Shown: piece by piece, positions 26,501 to 40,800 of the stretch | How the letters are laid out: each line of letters starts with the position of its first letter | Position numbering within the stretch: position 1 is the stretch's first letter | NCBI RefSeq assembly: GCF_035084215.1 | Contig: NC_090342.1 | Location: 41,230,001 to 41,294,000, forward strand | Reading direction: 5' to 3' | DNA length: 64,000 nt | DNA from: Heptranchias perlo | Lineage: Eukaryota | Position numbers and translations under genes: made by a program | Notes under the pieces: generated by a model | The model's database searches: none | Told to the model about the DNA's origin: nothing | What the model saw: only the letters and a program-made list of their open reading frames with translations

Positions 26501-29500
26501 TATGCACAATTTTGTTTTCTGTGTTGTGTAGCTTTGCTGTTCTATAAACATAATTGGAGTATTCGCTTCCATGAAGACAATCTGTAACAGTTTAGATCAT
26601 GAAGTATTGTCAATGTGAATGTATTCATCTTTGCATTAGTATTTTGGCATTCAAACAAGTAAAACAACCACTGGGCGAGCAGAGAGAAGGTATACAGTCA
26701 GGTCTGCAGTTGTAGTCCGATCGCAAATGCTGTTTTATTACAAAGCATTTCTCTAGAGGGAGATTGCCAACGAGCCTCGTTTTATTATTCATGTATGTGG
26801 CAACAGTGTACCAGAGTCCTAATGCAGCTATGTGTGGATACATCTGATATAATTACAGGCCTTTTTAACTAAGAGAACTACTGAAATACTTATCATTAAC
26901 ACTTACTAAACATATCTTTAATCTCTGCTCTCAAGATCAGCCATGATCTTATTAAATGCCAGAGCAGGCTTGAGGGGCCGTATGACTTCCTCTTGCTCCT
27001 AATTCTTATGTTCTCTTTGTAAAGAAAAGGTTTTTTAAATAAAAGATATAGCTTACTGTGCTGCTATTTTAAATGCTTTATGGGCACGCTACTGTTTGGA
27101 GTCCTGATTCCAAAATGGAGATCCTGCCAAAGTTAGGGAAAGATCAGGTCAAAGAAAGTGAATTTTCAATAGGGCAGTGTCTTCAGGAAAATGTATTTGG
27201 CAAAGTTTTTATTTTGAAGGGAGAAATTATGAATCGCCTGGAAATATACCGTACATTAACTCTCGTAAGGAAAACTTACATGTTGAAGTTAGCAATTTTT
27301 TTAAATGGTAAAATGACACTGAAATTGGAGTTTGAGTTGGTGCAGCTCCAAAAATGAGATGACCACCAGCAGCTTGTTCCGCAATACTAAGCCATTTAAT
27401 ATTCTCAATTACAGGGTACAGAATATGGCGCGCCACGAAGTCTGCACCAACAATATCTCACCAACAGTGCAAGGGTCAGCAGCAGTAAAAGCAGAAAATG
27501 AACTGGTAGCATGGGGAGACAGTAAGGGAATAAAAATGATTGACAGCCAGTCACACATCAAATTTAGTTTTACAGGAACTCAGGTCAAAAGAACAGTCGG
27601 GAGCATCTCTGCACCAGCTTCAGGGTTGCACTGCAGGTCACAATGACAGCAGAACAGTGTTTCTTCCTTTTTATTTTCGGTCTTGCTGGTGCTTTCGGTG
27701 CTAGAAAGAGATGATGAACTTCTATACTGATAAACATTCCACAATAGCATAGTGGAAGACTGCCAGATATAGAAGAGCCAGATATGAAATTATGGAGAAA
27801 CAGAGGGAACATAAACAGAACCAATTACAGTACTTGATAAGGTACACCAAAGCAAGTCAGGTTAAAGATACTCAATTTTGCTTTGCCCTTAACAGCGCAG
27901 AAAATATGATTTATGAACACGCTAGACAATTGCTGAAAGCCAACAAACCACATCCTCTGATCAACATCATAAACAGGGCATCGATATCATGAATGCACTT
28001 TGCTATTTTCTTTAATGGGGAGACGAAAAAAGAGTACCTGCAACCTCATGGCCTATCACAATATCATTTGCTTCAAAGTAACAGCAGCGCTGAAACCACT
28101 GCAGATGTAAAATGCTGCCCCCACCTCCACAAAAACCCAACCTTAAAACAACAAAGATATCGCACAACGAAGAAAGTATATATCCCATCATCCAATGATG
28201 GAAGAATTGGAGATTAAAAAGACAGGCACAAATGAATGTAACTGTTAAAAGTTAAATACTTGATAAATCTGTGCATGTTATATACATCCATTTTAAATTT
28301 CACGGGCCTGTAACGGGCAGTGAAAGCAATTTATATAATCAAGACTTGAAATTACCACAACTCTCAGAAGTAGGATCTACCAAATCAAAACATGCACTTC
28401 AACATCACATCTTGTGGTACATTAACTGCACTACAAGCTAACATTTTATTGCAATGTGGCTCAGGCTGATTAAGCAAGCTACCAGGAAGAATGCTCAGGG
28501 TGAGGTTGGTGGTGACCTGGAAATAGGCTACCCGTCTTTTGTGTGGAGGTGGTGCATGGCACAGACACACTAGGGGCACGGAGGAAAGAAACAAGATATT
28601 TAATTCCCCCACCACAAAATAAAGGTAAGTTGGCTGGTAGAGTCATGTAAAAAAAACGTTGCTGTCATGGCTTGTGATGTAATGAGAACTAGGGGAGTAC
28701 TAATTACAACACAAGCCATGACAGCAAAGCATTTTTGTTTATAATACATATGGCTTAATATATATGTTCTAATTCAAGATGCTGATTTGGGTCTAACTGA
28801 TGCAGCGTGGTCAAGTTGTTCTAGGCAATAGGGTAATAAAAAATTTGAGCTGTAAGAGGTTAAGCATGTGTAGCAATGTGTAAGTGGTATTATAGTAATG
28901 CCAGGTTCTTTTGTTTGGGAGAGAAGGAAGGAGACGCAGAATACAGAAAAATCTGCCATGGGTCATTCTGTTGATGTTGAGTGTGACAAATATCAAGTAT
29001 TTTGGTTAGTTTTTAGCTTGGTATTGGCCTCTTTAATTCATCATAATACTTAGGTTAAAAACTAGCTTCACTCAGAAACCTTGCCCCAGCTCAATTCGAA
29101 ACAATGTGCAATATTAGCTCGATCACTGAGAAGTCTGCTTGTGGGAGGAGCTAAGTCACTTAATTTAAATACAATCGTGATGTGCAATTAGTTCAGTTTT
29201 GTGCCTGATTAGAAGCTTTTCAAATTGAATAGACAGTTACAGAAATTCAGCCTGGCTCAAATTACTGTTTCTATCCAAATCTTTTGAGTTTTGATATGGA
29301 GCCTTCAAAGAGCAGTTATCTGATTGGAAACTTTGAAGAGAAATAGATAAACCAAAAACGTCTGTAGTTGGTAAGGAAAGGATTAATAAAATAACTGTTA
29401 AAAACAAGTAACTATGATCATAGTTTTAGCACAAGTAGTGAATGTTATTTCCTACTTTATACAAAGCACTGGTAAAGTTTAATTACTCTTAATATACATT

Positions 29501-30149
29501 GCTTCTACGTTATAGTCACTTGCTCATTTACTGCTTAATGCATTAATTCAGCATTTGAAGTCTGAAATAAAGTCTAGTGAGAGTCTTACTCTGCTGCCTT
29601 TAAAGAAGGGACTATCCTGTGGTAGCACAGGATAGAACCAGTAGTTGGAATAATCTAAAAAATGGTTCCCAGTTCATTATCTTGGGCACACTATATTTAT
29701 CTAAATATATCAGAATTAAAATACTCGAGGACATCGGGAGCAAGGACTTTGAGAACAGTCTGAAATTCAGAAGCTAAAAATATCCAGAGTGAAAAAAGGT
29801 AATGGTACCCAAAAAGTAATAGCGAGTTCAGTCTATCATGATTGCTGCCATTCTTCCTGTAGAATTGTATGTCCAATATTAATGTTACTGTCAGCATAGG
29901 CAAATAGCATTGATGCATTTAAGGGGAAGCTAGATAAACACGAGGGAGAAAGGAATAGAAGGTTACGACGATAAGGTTAGATGAAAAGATGTGGGAGGAG
30001 GCTCGTGTGGAGCATAAACACTGGCATGTACCAGATGGGCCAAATAGCCTGTTTCTGTGCTGTACATTCTACGTAATGTCACTGTGTCCCATTCAATGTT
30101 ATTGCCTTAAGTACAACCATGTGGTTTTCAGTGGGTGAGTATGTCCTAG

Positions 30150-32500
30150 AGGCAACAAGGGGGCAAGCCATACTAGATTTAGCAATGAGTAATGAACCAG
30201 ATTTAGTTACAGCTTAACTGTGCATGAACATCTATCCAATAGCGATCATAACATGATCGAGTTCAATGTAGTGTTTGAAAGGGAAAAAAAGTGAATCAGC
30301 TGCTAAGATTCTAGACTTGGGTAAGGCCGATTTCAATGGGATGAGACAGAGACTGGGCAAATCTGTTAATGGGTAAAACGACTGATGATCAGTGGGAAAT
30401 GTTTAAAGAAACATTTAACGAGATACAGAACCGGTTTATACCCAAGGGGCAAGAACTCTACTTGCCAAAAAAAAACAGCCATGAACAACTAAAGAGGTAA
30501 GGGCCAGTATAAGACATAAGGAAAGGGCATACAAAAAGGCAAAAAATGGCACAGATCCTGGCGAATGGAAAAGATACAAAGATCAGCAAAGGGTCACAAA
30601 ACAGATAGTAAGAGCTACAAAAAGAAAGTATGAAAAGAAACTTGCAAGGAATATCAAAACCAATACGAAGAACTTTTATCGTTATATTAGGAAATAAAAA
30701 GGGTGGTCAGGAGCGGTGTTGGCCCCTTAAAAACTGAAAGTGGGGATATTGTCATTGACAATGGGGAAATGGCGGACGTGTTGAATAATTACTTTGCGTC
30801 AGTATTTACAGTAGAAAAAGAGGACAGCATGCTGGAAATCCCAAGAAAACTAATATTGAATCGGGGACAGGGACTCGATAAAATTAACATAAGTAAAGCA
30901 ACAGTAATGAAGAAAATAATAGCACTAAAGAGTGACAAATCCCCAGGACCAGATGGTTTCCATCCCAGGGCTTTAAAGGAAGTAGGTGAGCAGATTGCAA
31001 ATGCCCTAACCATAATCTTTCAAAGTTCTCTAGATTCAGGAACTGTCCCTCTGGATTGGAAAATTGCACATCACTCCGCTTTTTAAGAAAGGAGGGGGAA
31101 ACCAGGGAATTATAGACCAGTTAGCCTAACATCTGTTGTGGGGAAAATGCTGGAGTCTATAATTAAGGATAGAGTGACTGAACACCTCGAGAATTTTCAG
31201 TTAATCAGAGAGAGCCAGCATGAATTTGTGAAAGGTAGGTCGTGCCTGACAAACCTGATTGAATTTTTTGAAGAGGTGACTAAAGTAGTGGACAGGGGAA
31301 TGTCAATGGATGTTATTTATATGGACTTCCAGAAGGCATTTGATAAGGTCCCACATAGGAGACTGTAAGCTAAGATAGAAGCCCATGGAATCGAGGGAAA
31401 AGTACGGACTTGGTTAGAAAGTTGGCTGAGCGAAAGGCAACAGAGAGTAGGGATAATGGGAAGGTACTCACATTGGCAGGATGTGACCAGTGGAGTCCTG
31501 CAGGGACCTGTCTTGGTGCCTCAATTATTCACAATATTTATTAACGACTTAGATGAAGGCATAGAAAGTCTCATATCTAAGTTTGCCGATGACACAAAGA
31601 TTGGTGGCATTGTAAGCAGTGTAGATGAAAACATAAAATTACAAAGCAATATTGATAGATTAGGTGAATGGGCAAAACTGTGGCAGATGGAATTCAATGT
31701 AGACAAATGTGAGGTCATCCACTTTGGATCAAAAAAGGATAGAACAGGGTACTTTCTAAATGGTAAAAAGTTAAAAACAGTGGATGTCCAAAGGGACCTA
31801 GGGGTTCAGATACATAGATCATTGAAGTGTCATGAACAGGTGCAGAAAATAATCAATAAGGCTAATGGAATGCTGGCCTTTATATCTAGAGGCCTGGAGT
31901 ACAAGGGGGCAGAAGTTATGCTGCAGCTATACAAAACCCTGGTTAGACCGCACCTGGAGTACTGTGAGCCGGTCTGGGCACCGCACCTTTGGAAGGACAT
32001 ATTGGCCTTGGAGGGAGTGCAGCATAGGTTTACTAGAATGATACCCGGACTTCAAGGATTAAGTTACGAGGAGAGATTACACAAATTGGGGGGTTGTATT
32101 CTCTAGAGTTTCGAAGTTTAAGGGGTGATCTGATCGAAGTTTAAGATATTAAGGGGAACAGATAGGGTGGATAGAGAGAAACTATTTCTGCTGGTTGGGG
32201 ATTCTAGGAGTAGGGGGCACAGTCTAAAAAATTAGAGCCAGACCTTTCAGGAGCAAGATTAGAAAACATTTCTGCACACAATGGGTGGTAGAAGTTTGGA
32301 ACTCTTCCGCAAACGGCAATTGACACTAGCTCAATTATAAATTTAAATGTGAGATGGATAGCTTTTTGGCAACCAAAGGTATTAAGGGATATGGGCCAAA
32401 GGCAGGTATTTGGAGCTAGATCACAATTCAGCCATGATCTTATCAAATGGCGGAGCAGGCACGAGGGGCTGAATGGCCTACTCCTGTTCCTATTTTCCTA
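30150..32500 (+). mobile_element. CR1 LINE ORF2, 5'-truncated and decayed
   Basis: KSPGPDGFHP, YMDFQKAFDKVPH, FADD, LYKTLVRPHLEY in ORFs 30703, 31138 and 31456. Confidence 0.92.
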
Positions 32501-33059
32501 TACAGGTCTAACAAATACAAGTGTAAGCACTCAATAATACAACTAAGCTATTCGTGAAGGAGTGGTCAGAAGGTGGTTGACCAAGATCAGCAATTATGCT
32601 GCTGAGATACAGCCTAATTCCACTCAGTATTAAGACAGACAACCCCTGCAGTGGCTCTCAAAGGAACTCGGTTAGCAGTTAAAAATGCACTGACAGTCCA
32701 CAAAACAACTGGTAAATTACAGACCCAAAGTAGAATTTGCAACCACGGAAGCAGTGAACAGATGGCAATAGACATTGATTGATGGCAGCAGTTAACAATC
32801 CAACTATAGCAACAGAATTTACCACAGGCAAATCTTATGACTACAAACTCAAAAGGCCTGATAAGTAAGTCTTGTTACTCAGGCAGATAGAAAATGCTAC
32901 AATTTATGCTTGCATATAGTGCACACCATTGTGCACTTTCAGTAACACTTCAATAACAAATATATTAAAATTCCTGTGCCTGCGCATGCTTCCTGTTTGT
33001 CACACACATTTCCTGTGTTACAATTTGATCACCCTTGCTATGAAAATTTTCTCACATGC

Positions 33060-35190
33060 ATTTGATAGATGTCAGGTTGATAATACAAGTGAGAACCAGG
33101 CTGAATATAGAAAATTCAGAGGGGAAGTGAAAAAGGAAATAAGAGGGACAAAGAGAGAGCATGAGAACAGACTGGCAGCCAACATAAAAGGGGATCCAAA
33201 AGTCTTCTTTTGGCATATAAATGGTAAACGGATGGTAAGAAGAGGGGTGGGCCGATTAGGGACCAAAAAGGAGACCTACTCATGTAGGCAGAGGGCATGG
33301 CTGAGGTACTAAATGAGTACTTTGCATCTGTCTTTACCAAGGAAGCAGATGCAGCCAAAGTCACAGTAAAAGAGGAGGCACTTGAGATACCAGATGGGCT
33401 AAAAATTGATGAAGAGGTGGTACTAGAAACACTGACTGTCCTTAAAGTAGATAAGTCACCAGGTCCAGATGGGATGTATCCTAGGTTGCTGAGGGAAGTA
33501 CGGGTGGAAATTGCAGAGGTGCTGGCCATAATCTTTCAATCCTCCTTAGATATGGGGGCGGTGCCGAGGACTGGAGAATTGCAAATGTTACACCCTCGTT
33601 CAAAAAAGGGTTTAAGGATAAATCCAGCAACTACAGGCCAGTCAGTTTAACCTCGGTGGTGGTGAAGCTTTTAGAAACGATAATCCGGGACAAAATTAAC
33701 AGTCACTTGGACAAGTGTGGATTAATTAAGGAAAGCCAGCACGGATCTGTTAAAGGCAAATCTTGATTTGAGTTTTCTGAAGTTGTAACAGAGAGGGTTG
33801 ATGAGGTTGATAGGGCATACATGGACATCCAAAAGGCGTTTGATAAAGTGCTCCTTAATAGACTTGTCAGCAAAGTTGAAGCCCATGGAATAATAGTGGC
33901 AGTGGCAGCATGGATATGAAGTTGGCTGAGAGACAGGAAACAGAGAGTATTGAACGGTTGTTTTTTGGACTGAAGGAAGGTATACAGTGGTGTTCCCCAG
34001 AGGTCGGTTCTAGGACCACTGCTTTTCTTGATATATATTAATGACTTGGATTTGGGTGTACAGGGCACAATTTCAAAATTTGTAGATGACACAAAACTTG
34101 GAAGTGTAGTGAACAGTGAGGAGGATAGTGATAGATTTCAAGAGGACATACACAGGCTGGTGGACACGTGGCAGATGAAATTTAACGCAGAGAAGTGCGA
34201 AATGATACATTTTGGTAGGAAGAACGAGGAAAGGCAATATAAGCTAAAGGGTACAATTCTAAAGGGGGTGCAGGAACAGAGAGAAGAGGGCTATATGTGC
34301 ACAGGTCGTTGAAGGTGGCAGGGCAGGTTGAGAAAGTGGTTAAAAAAGCATACAGGATCCTGGGCTTCATCAATAGAGGCATAGAGTACAAAAGCAGGGA
34401 TGTTATGATGAGCACCAGTGCTACCTAGTGCTGGGAGGCCTGCAGTGCCACCAAGTAATGGGTAAGTATAAATATCTAGGCATTTTAAGTAAGCTTTACC
34501 CCTAGACTTGAATCATAGAATAGTTACAGCACAGAGGGAGGCCATTTGGCCTGTCGAGGCGAGCCGGCTCTCTGCAAGAGCAATCCAATTAGTCCTACTC
34601 CCCCGCCCTTTCCCCAAAGCCCTGTAAAACACTGGTTCAGCCACAACTGGAGTATCCAATGGTGGGCACCGCACTTTAGGAAGGATGCGAAGACCTTAAG
34701 AGAGGGTACAGAAAAGATTTACTCGAATGGTTCCAAGGATGAGGGACATCAGTTACGTGGATAAACTGGAGAAGCTGGGGTTGTTCTCCTTAGAGCAGAG
34801 AAGGTTGAGAGGAGATTTGATAGAGGTGTACAAAAGCATGAGGGGTCGAGACAGAGTAGTCGGAGAGAAACTCTTCACATTGGCGGAAGGGTTGAGAACC
34901 AGAGGACACAGATTTAAGGTGATTGGCAAAAGAACCAAAGGCGACATGAGGAAAAACTTTTTTACGCAGCGAGTGGTTATGATCTGGAATGTACTGCCTG
35001 AAAGGGTGGTGTAGGCAGATTCAATCGTGGCTTTCAGAAGGGAACTGGATAAGTACTTGAAGGGAAAAAATCTGCAGGGCTATGGGGAAAGGGCAGGAGA
35101 ATGGGACTAACTGGATTGCCTTTGCAGAGAGCTGGCACAGGCTCGACGGGCCGAATAGCCTCCCTATGTGCTGTAACCATTCTATGATTC
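33060..35190 (+). mobile_element. CR1 LINE ORF2, interrupted at 34411-34626
   Basis: KSPGPDGMYP, INDLD...FVDD, FFTQRVV..WN.LP; ends attctatgattc. Confidence 0.9.
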
Positions 35191-35292
35191 AAGTCTTCAG
35201 GAAAAGCTTACTTAAAATGCGTAGATATTTATACTTAACATTGCTTAGGGTGCAGTGCAGGCCTCCCAACACTAGGTAGCACTGGCACTCAT
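34408..35292. repeat. ~220-bp inverted repeat pair (34408-34626 and 35074-35292)
   Basis: Left arm is the reverse complement of a CR1 3' tail plus ~100 bp of its downstream flank. Confidence 0.82.
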
Positions 35293-36070
35293 TTTATCGC
35301 TGTCTCCCAGCCGACCCGCGCCCATCTCCCCCGATGCTGGCCCTGACCTATTCTGCGCCTTTCTTCATGGCCTCGCTGCTCTGCATCCACTCCCACTCTT
35401 CTTGCAGGCCCCATCCTAGACTTTGCTTTGCGGTCTTCCCACTCAGTCTGCAACACCCCTCACTCCATTTTGTGGCCATATCCACGTTTCTGTTGGCAGC
35501 CTTGTCACTCTTCCTTCCTGACCTACATCTCACTTCAGTCTTGCTGTTCAGCCTCCACACCTGCCCTATTCCTCGCCTTGGCTGTGGAACCCAACCTACA
35601 CCTTTATTGATGGTCTTGCCACTCCCACCCTCTTCATAATTAGCTCCTCTTCATAACCCTGGACCTCACTCAACAAAACCTGCGCCTTTGCCTCTACCAT
35701 CATTCCACTCTTCTGCGGCCTTGTAACTGAGCATCCACTCCTTTCACTGCCAGTATCTAGTACTAAGCTGGGAATAACCACCTGTGTTTTATTCATATTT
35801 AGAAATGTAAATATTCTAATTAATGACAGCTGTGAGACAAAAGAGAGGGACGAAGAAAAATAGAAAAACAAAGAGGCATGAAAGAGAGATAGGAGAGAAA
35901 ACGAGTTACACTAGTGGTGTCTTTTCTCATCCTAATTTGAGTTTAACAAAAAAAGTTGAATTTTGAATGCGAAACAAAGCCTCTAATTATCAACTGGTTA
36001 TCACCTCTTTGTTTAATAGTTAGAAAATGTAAACATTCTAAATTATTAATACCCATGGAGGGAAGCCAAT

Positions 36071-36838
36071 GGAGGCTTGGGCTCATAAGTGGCAAGTAAC
36101 TTTCGCGCCAGATAAGTGCCAGGCAATGACCATCTCCAACAAGAGAGAGTCTAAACACCACCCCTTGACATTCAACAGCATTACCATCGCCACCATTGAC
36201 CAGAAACTTAACTGGACCAGCCATATAAATACTGTGGCTACAAGAGCAGGTCAGAGGCTGGGTATTCTGCGGCGAGTGACTCACCTCCTGACTCCCCAAA
36301 GCCTTTCCACCATCTACAAGGCACAAGTCAGGAGTGTGATGGAATACTCTCCACTTGCTTGGATGAGTGCAGCTCCAACAACACTCAAGAAGCTCGACAC
36401 CATCCAAGATAAAGCAGCCTGCTTGATTGGCACCCCATCCACCACCATAAACATTCACTCCCTTCACCACCGGCGCAAAGTGGCTGCAGTGTGTACCATC
36501 CACAGGATGCACTGTAGCAACTCGCCAAGGCTTCTTCGACAGCACTTCCCAAACCCACGACCTCTACCACCTAGAAGGACAAGAGCAGCAGGTACATGGG
36601 AACAGCACCACCTGCACTTTCCCCTCCAAGTCACACACCATCCCGACTTGGAAATATATCGCCGTTCCTTCATCATCGCTGGGTCAAAATCCTGGAACTC
36701 CCTTCCTAACAGCACTGTGGGAGAACCGTCACCGCACGGACTGCAGCGGTTCAAGAAAGCGGCTCACCACCACCTTCTCAAGGGCAATAAATGCCGGCCT
36801 CGCCAGCAACGCCCACATCCCATGAACGAATAAAAAAA
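36071..36838 (+). mobile_element. 5'-truncated CR1/L2-group LINE (same family as 1695)
   Basis: ORF 36069..36833 nearly identical to 1820..2668 with internal deletions; A tail. Confidence 0.88.
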
Positions 36839-37124
36839 GTTAAAGAAAGAGGCCAACAGATACACTTCCAAGAACCAATCACAAACACCAAATTTAATAT
36901 CTGCAAAGATTTCTAAACCAGGAAATATTCGGAGGGGTGACCAAAAGCTTGGTCGAAGAGGCGGATTTTAAGGATACTCTTAAAAGGAGAAGGAGTTTGA
37001 AAGGCGAATGGGTTTAAGGAGGGAAAACTGGAGCGTAGGGCCAAGGTAGCTGAAGGCATGGCCACCAACTAATGTGGTGAAGGGAGGCAGGAATGTACAG
37101 GAGGCCAGAGTCAGAGTAATAAAG

Positions 37125-37550
37125 AGTTACATAGAATCTACAGCACAGAAACAGGTCATTCAGTCCAACTGGTATATGCTAGTGATTATATTCCACATGA
37201 GCTTCCTCCCACTAATTACCTCTTCCCAACCTGCCCCCATATCCGTCTATTCCCTCCTCCCTCATGTAAGCTTCAAGCCTCCCCTTAAATGAATCAATGC
37301 TAACTCCACGTAGCACCGAGTTCCACATTCTCGCCACTCTGAAGAAATTCCTCCTAAATTCTTTATTTGATCTATTAAAGGCTATCTTATATTTATGCCC
37401 CCTTGTTCTGGACTCACCCACAAGTGAAAATAGTTTCTGCACATCCAACCTATCGAGCCTCTTCATAATTTTGAAGACCTCTATCAGGTCTCCTCTTAAC
37501 CTCTTTTCTAGAGAAAAGAGCTCCAACCTGCTCAATCTTTCCTGATAGTG
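37125..37550 (-). mobile_element. CR1 3' fragment ending in the 43-bp tandem array
   Basis: ORF 37212..37535 RLELFSLEKRLRGDLIEVFKIM...TRGHKYK. Confidence 0.85.
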
Positions 37551-37808
37551 GCAGAGAAAAGAGCTCCAGCCTGCTCAATCTTTCCTGATAGTGGCAGAGA
37601 AAAGAGCTCCAGCCTGCTCAATCTTTCCTGATAGTGGCAGAGAAAAGAGCTCCAGCCTGCTCAATCTTTCCTGATAGTGGCAGAGAAAAGAGCTCCAGCC
37701 TGCTCAATCTTTCCTGATAGTGGCAGAGAAAAGAGCTCCAGCCTGCTCAATCTTTCCTGATAGTGGCAGAGAAAAGTGTCCCAGCCAGCTCAGTGTTTCC
37801 TGATAGCT
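37510..37808. repeat. 43-bp tandem repeat, ~6 near-identical copies plus 1 degenerate, derived from CR1 ORF2
   Basis: Unit AGAGAAAAGAGCTCCAGCCTGCTCAATCTTTCCTGATAGTGGC starting at 37510, 37553, 37596, 37639, 37682, 37725 and 37768. Confidence 0.93.
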
Positions 37809-40800
37809 GGAGCAAGGTACATCGAGTTACATCGAAACTACAGCACAGAAACAGGCCATTCAGCCAAATGGTCTATCCTGGCATTTATGATCCATACCAG
37901 CTTCCTTTATAGCAATAAGTTGGACGAGGCCTTGAAGGGATTTAAACATAAGGATTAGAATTTTAAATTTGAGGCAATGATCAAAGGGGACACAGGTTTG
38001 AGCTAGCAAAAGGCAAATTTAGACAGATATCAGGAAGTTTTTCTTCACACAAAGAATGATCAATACATGGAACGACCTTCCAGATAGATAGTAACATACA
38101 AAGACTGCAAATTCGGAAATCGTAAATAAAAACAAGTAACTGGGATAACAGAGGGTCTGTGATGATCTGAAAAGAGAATTTTTTTTTAATGCGTTCACGG
38201 GATGTGGGCGTCGCTGGCGAGGCCAGCATTTATTGCCCATCCCTAATAGATAGGTTAACATATAAAGGGTTTGCTTAATCCCCCAGTTTTGACAAAGGGT
38301 CTATATCGGAAACTTTTTTCTTTTCAAATGTTAAGACTTCCTGTGTATTTCCAGTATTTTCTATTTGTATTTTGGGTACATTGTAGCATTTTGTACAGGT
38401 ACAGGTTCAGTTTTCTATTGTAGTACAGTGCCATCTACTGGATGGTAATGAACACATCAATTAACACCAAACCCCTAAGGTAGATGTATGGTATTGTATG
38501 ATGACAGGTGAAAGCTACAGCCAGAACGTGAACATTTTCAAGCACAGTCTACTCCCCAACATAGTTAAGTACCACTGACATAACAGGGTTCTGAATCATT
38601 CATTCCCAAGCGTCTCATTACATCTTTATGACCAAATACCTTTTCTCTTATGCTGAATGACTCAACATTTTCTTTGTATAGACGAGTGAAGCTTCAATGC
38701 AGTCCCAATACTTTATTTTTTCTGCTTGTCTAACGCTAATAAGGTGACTACGTAAAGCTTTGATCTTGAGATGGAGTCTTGCAATCAGTGCCATTGGTAC
38801 AGTGCCATTAAAGATTCTATCCCTTTCATTTACAGTTGCAATGCAATACTTTTTATATTTAATCATAAAGCATTTGAAAACAGTGCCCCAACTTGGAACA
38901 ATGTGGCTTCTGCCAGCGGCATCTAATTCTAATCATGATCACATGGTTTACTTGACAGACCTACAAAGAAAAATAAAAACAATTCTGCACTTCCCATATC
39001 TCGGGAATTGAAAACTATTATTTTTCTGAAGTGTTTTAGAATTTTTTTCAAAAAAGTGTAGGGGATGGACAGCGCAAGAGAGTCCTAACCTACTGTAATG
39101 TGGAGTGATGGGGTACAGGTTTGGGATAGCATTCATCCACACATAAAATGGGATTTATGTCTGTGATACTATACTGTGCAATATGCCCAGAGTGACCAGC
39201 CACATGAACCTGCTTTGATCACAACAGCCCAGCAAAGCCAGTTTTTAACCAAAATACACATATTGCTGCCGCAGTGCTATAAGTTCCAGTTAGTTTTAAA
39301 ACTGTCAGTACGTTAAGAGCAAAGTGAAGGAATAAACTTACTTTTGCTTTTGAGGATATGAAATCCCAATTTTATTCCAGTTCTACTTTGAAACAAAATA
39401 TTACAATAAAGATGCAGAAGAAAAAGGGCATTCCACCCATTGAAACTAATCTCTCCAGAAGAATCCACAATAAAAACCTTGATTTAAACTTTTCACCCAA
39501 ACAACAAAGCAGATATTGGTGCAAATCTCTTAACACCTGATCACACTAAACAAATTCAAATCGACATTTTCCCACTCTACGCACCATACTACAATAAAGT
39601 GAGCAAGGCCAGGGTCACTTTCTTTCTAATTTTTCCCTCTATGATGAGTTTAGTCTCAGTATCACCCCGATAGCCAGACCAACATCTGAAACTTGCCTTG
39701 TGGGGTATTGCAGACATGAACAATAAAACTATTCTTATCATTAACCAATGCAATCTTATCAGCACTTGCTATAGCTGATAAACAAGTCATTCAAGTTCTG
39801 TGTTTTATTCATTTTAATAAAGAAATGCAGAATGTTACAAATCAATGTATGCAGAAGTTTGCAAAAGCTCTGTAAACTACTGACTGAAAAGGAGATCTAA
39901 TGGGAGAGTTTCACTATCAATACTCACTATAAAAACCATTGCAAACTACTCTGATCATTAACATGGTGAATAGTAAGGCCATTGGAAGTCACTGAGCTGA
40001 AGGGTGTTTCAGTGATCAGTCACTTCATTTGAACAGTGCACCAAAATGTTAATTCAGGTTCCTCATATATTCACGTACAGTAACTCACTTGATGCCATCA
40101 TTGCTCAGTTTAAACAAAAATATTAAATATACTCCACTACCAAGGGATAAAAAACACAGCAAATACAATCTTTTCTAACGTGCGAAAAAAATTCAACTTT
40201 TCCACAGACAGTAACATATTTTGTCTACATTACAAACAAGAATGACTTCAGAATTATGCTAGTCAAGTTACTGAAGCTGATCATTTTGATTCCTGGCTTA
40301 CTCACTTTTGTTTAGGATTCTTTCTTCAATACAGGCAGCGCCAACAACGTAGGAATTAAAGTGGAGCTGATCAATCGTAAAGTAGCAGAGACAAGCTAAG
40401 ATCCTGTTTCTCCTGTACACTGCAGTACAATGAATAAAAGTACCAGTTGTGATCAGATGCTACATAATTGTCATGGTATAAAAATATCTATTATTTGCAT
40501 GTCATGACATTAGGGATTTACCAAAATAACAGAAGAAAAATAATCACTAAGAGGACAATGAAACAGCACAAAATGAGGAAATGAAAAATGAGGAAGGACT
40601 TGATATAGTCTGAAATTTGCCTGAGAAGTGCAGCGAGGAAATAGGTTATCAGTAACTTATGTACAGTACTCAATTACTACTTTGCCTTTCCCTTTGTATT
40701 TGTCAAAGAACATCTAACAGCTTTATCAGCTTATATGGAAGTGGCTGAAACAGTTGGATGCTTTCAAAATTTTTCATACAGTGTCATATACACCCGTTAT

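Noticed and set aside
37510-37808. CRISPR-like array
   Set aside because: Units abut with no unique spacers, derive from CR1 ORF2, and there are no cas genes in this eukaryotic context
39343-40420. Possible alternative PARVB exons with GTAAGT/GTGAGT donors near 39342 and 40304
   Set aside because: No recognisable coding similarity or convincing frame; such motifs occur by chance in a 26-kb intron
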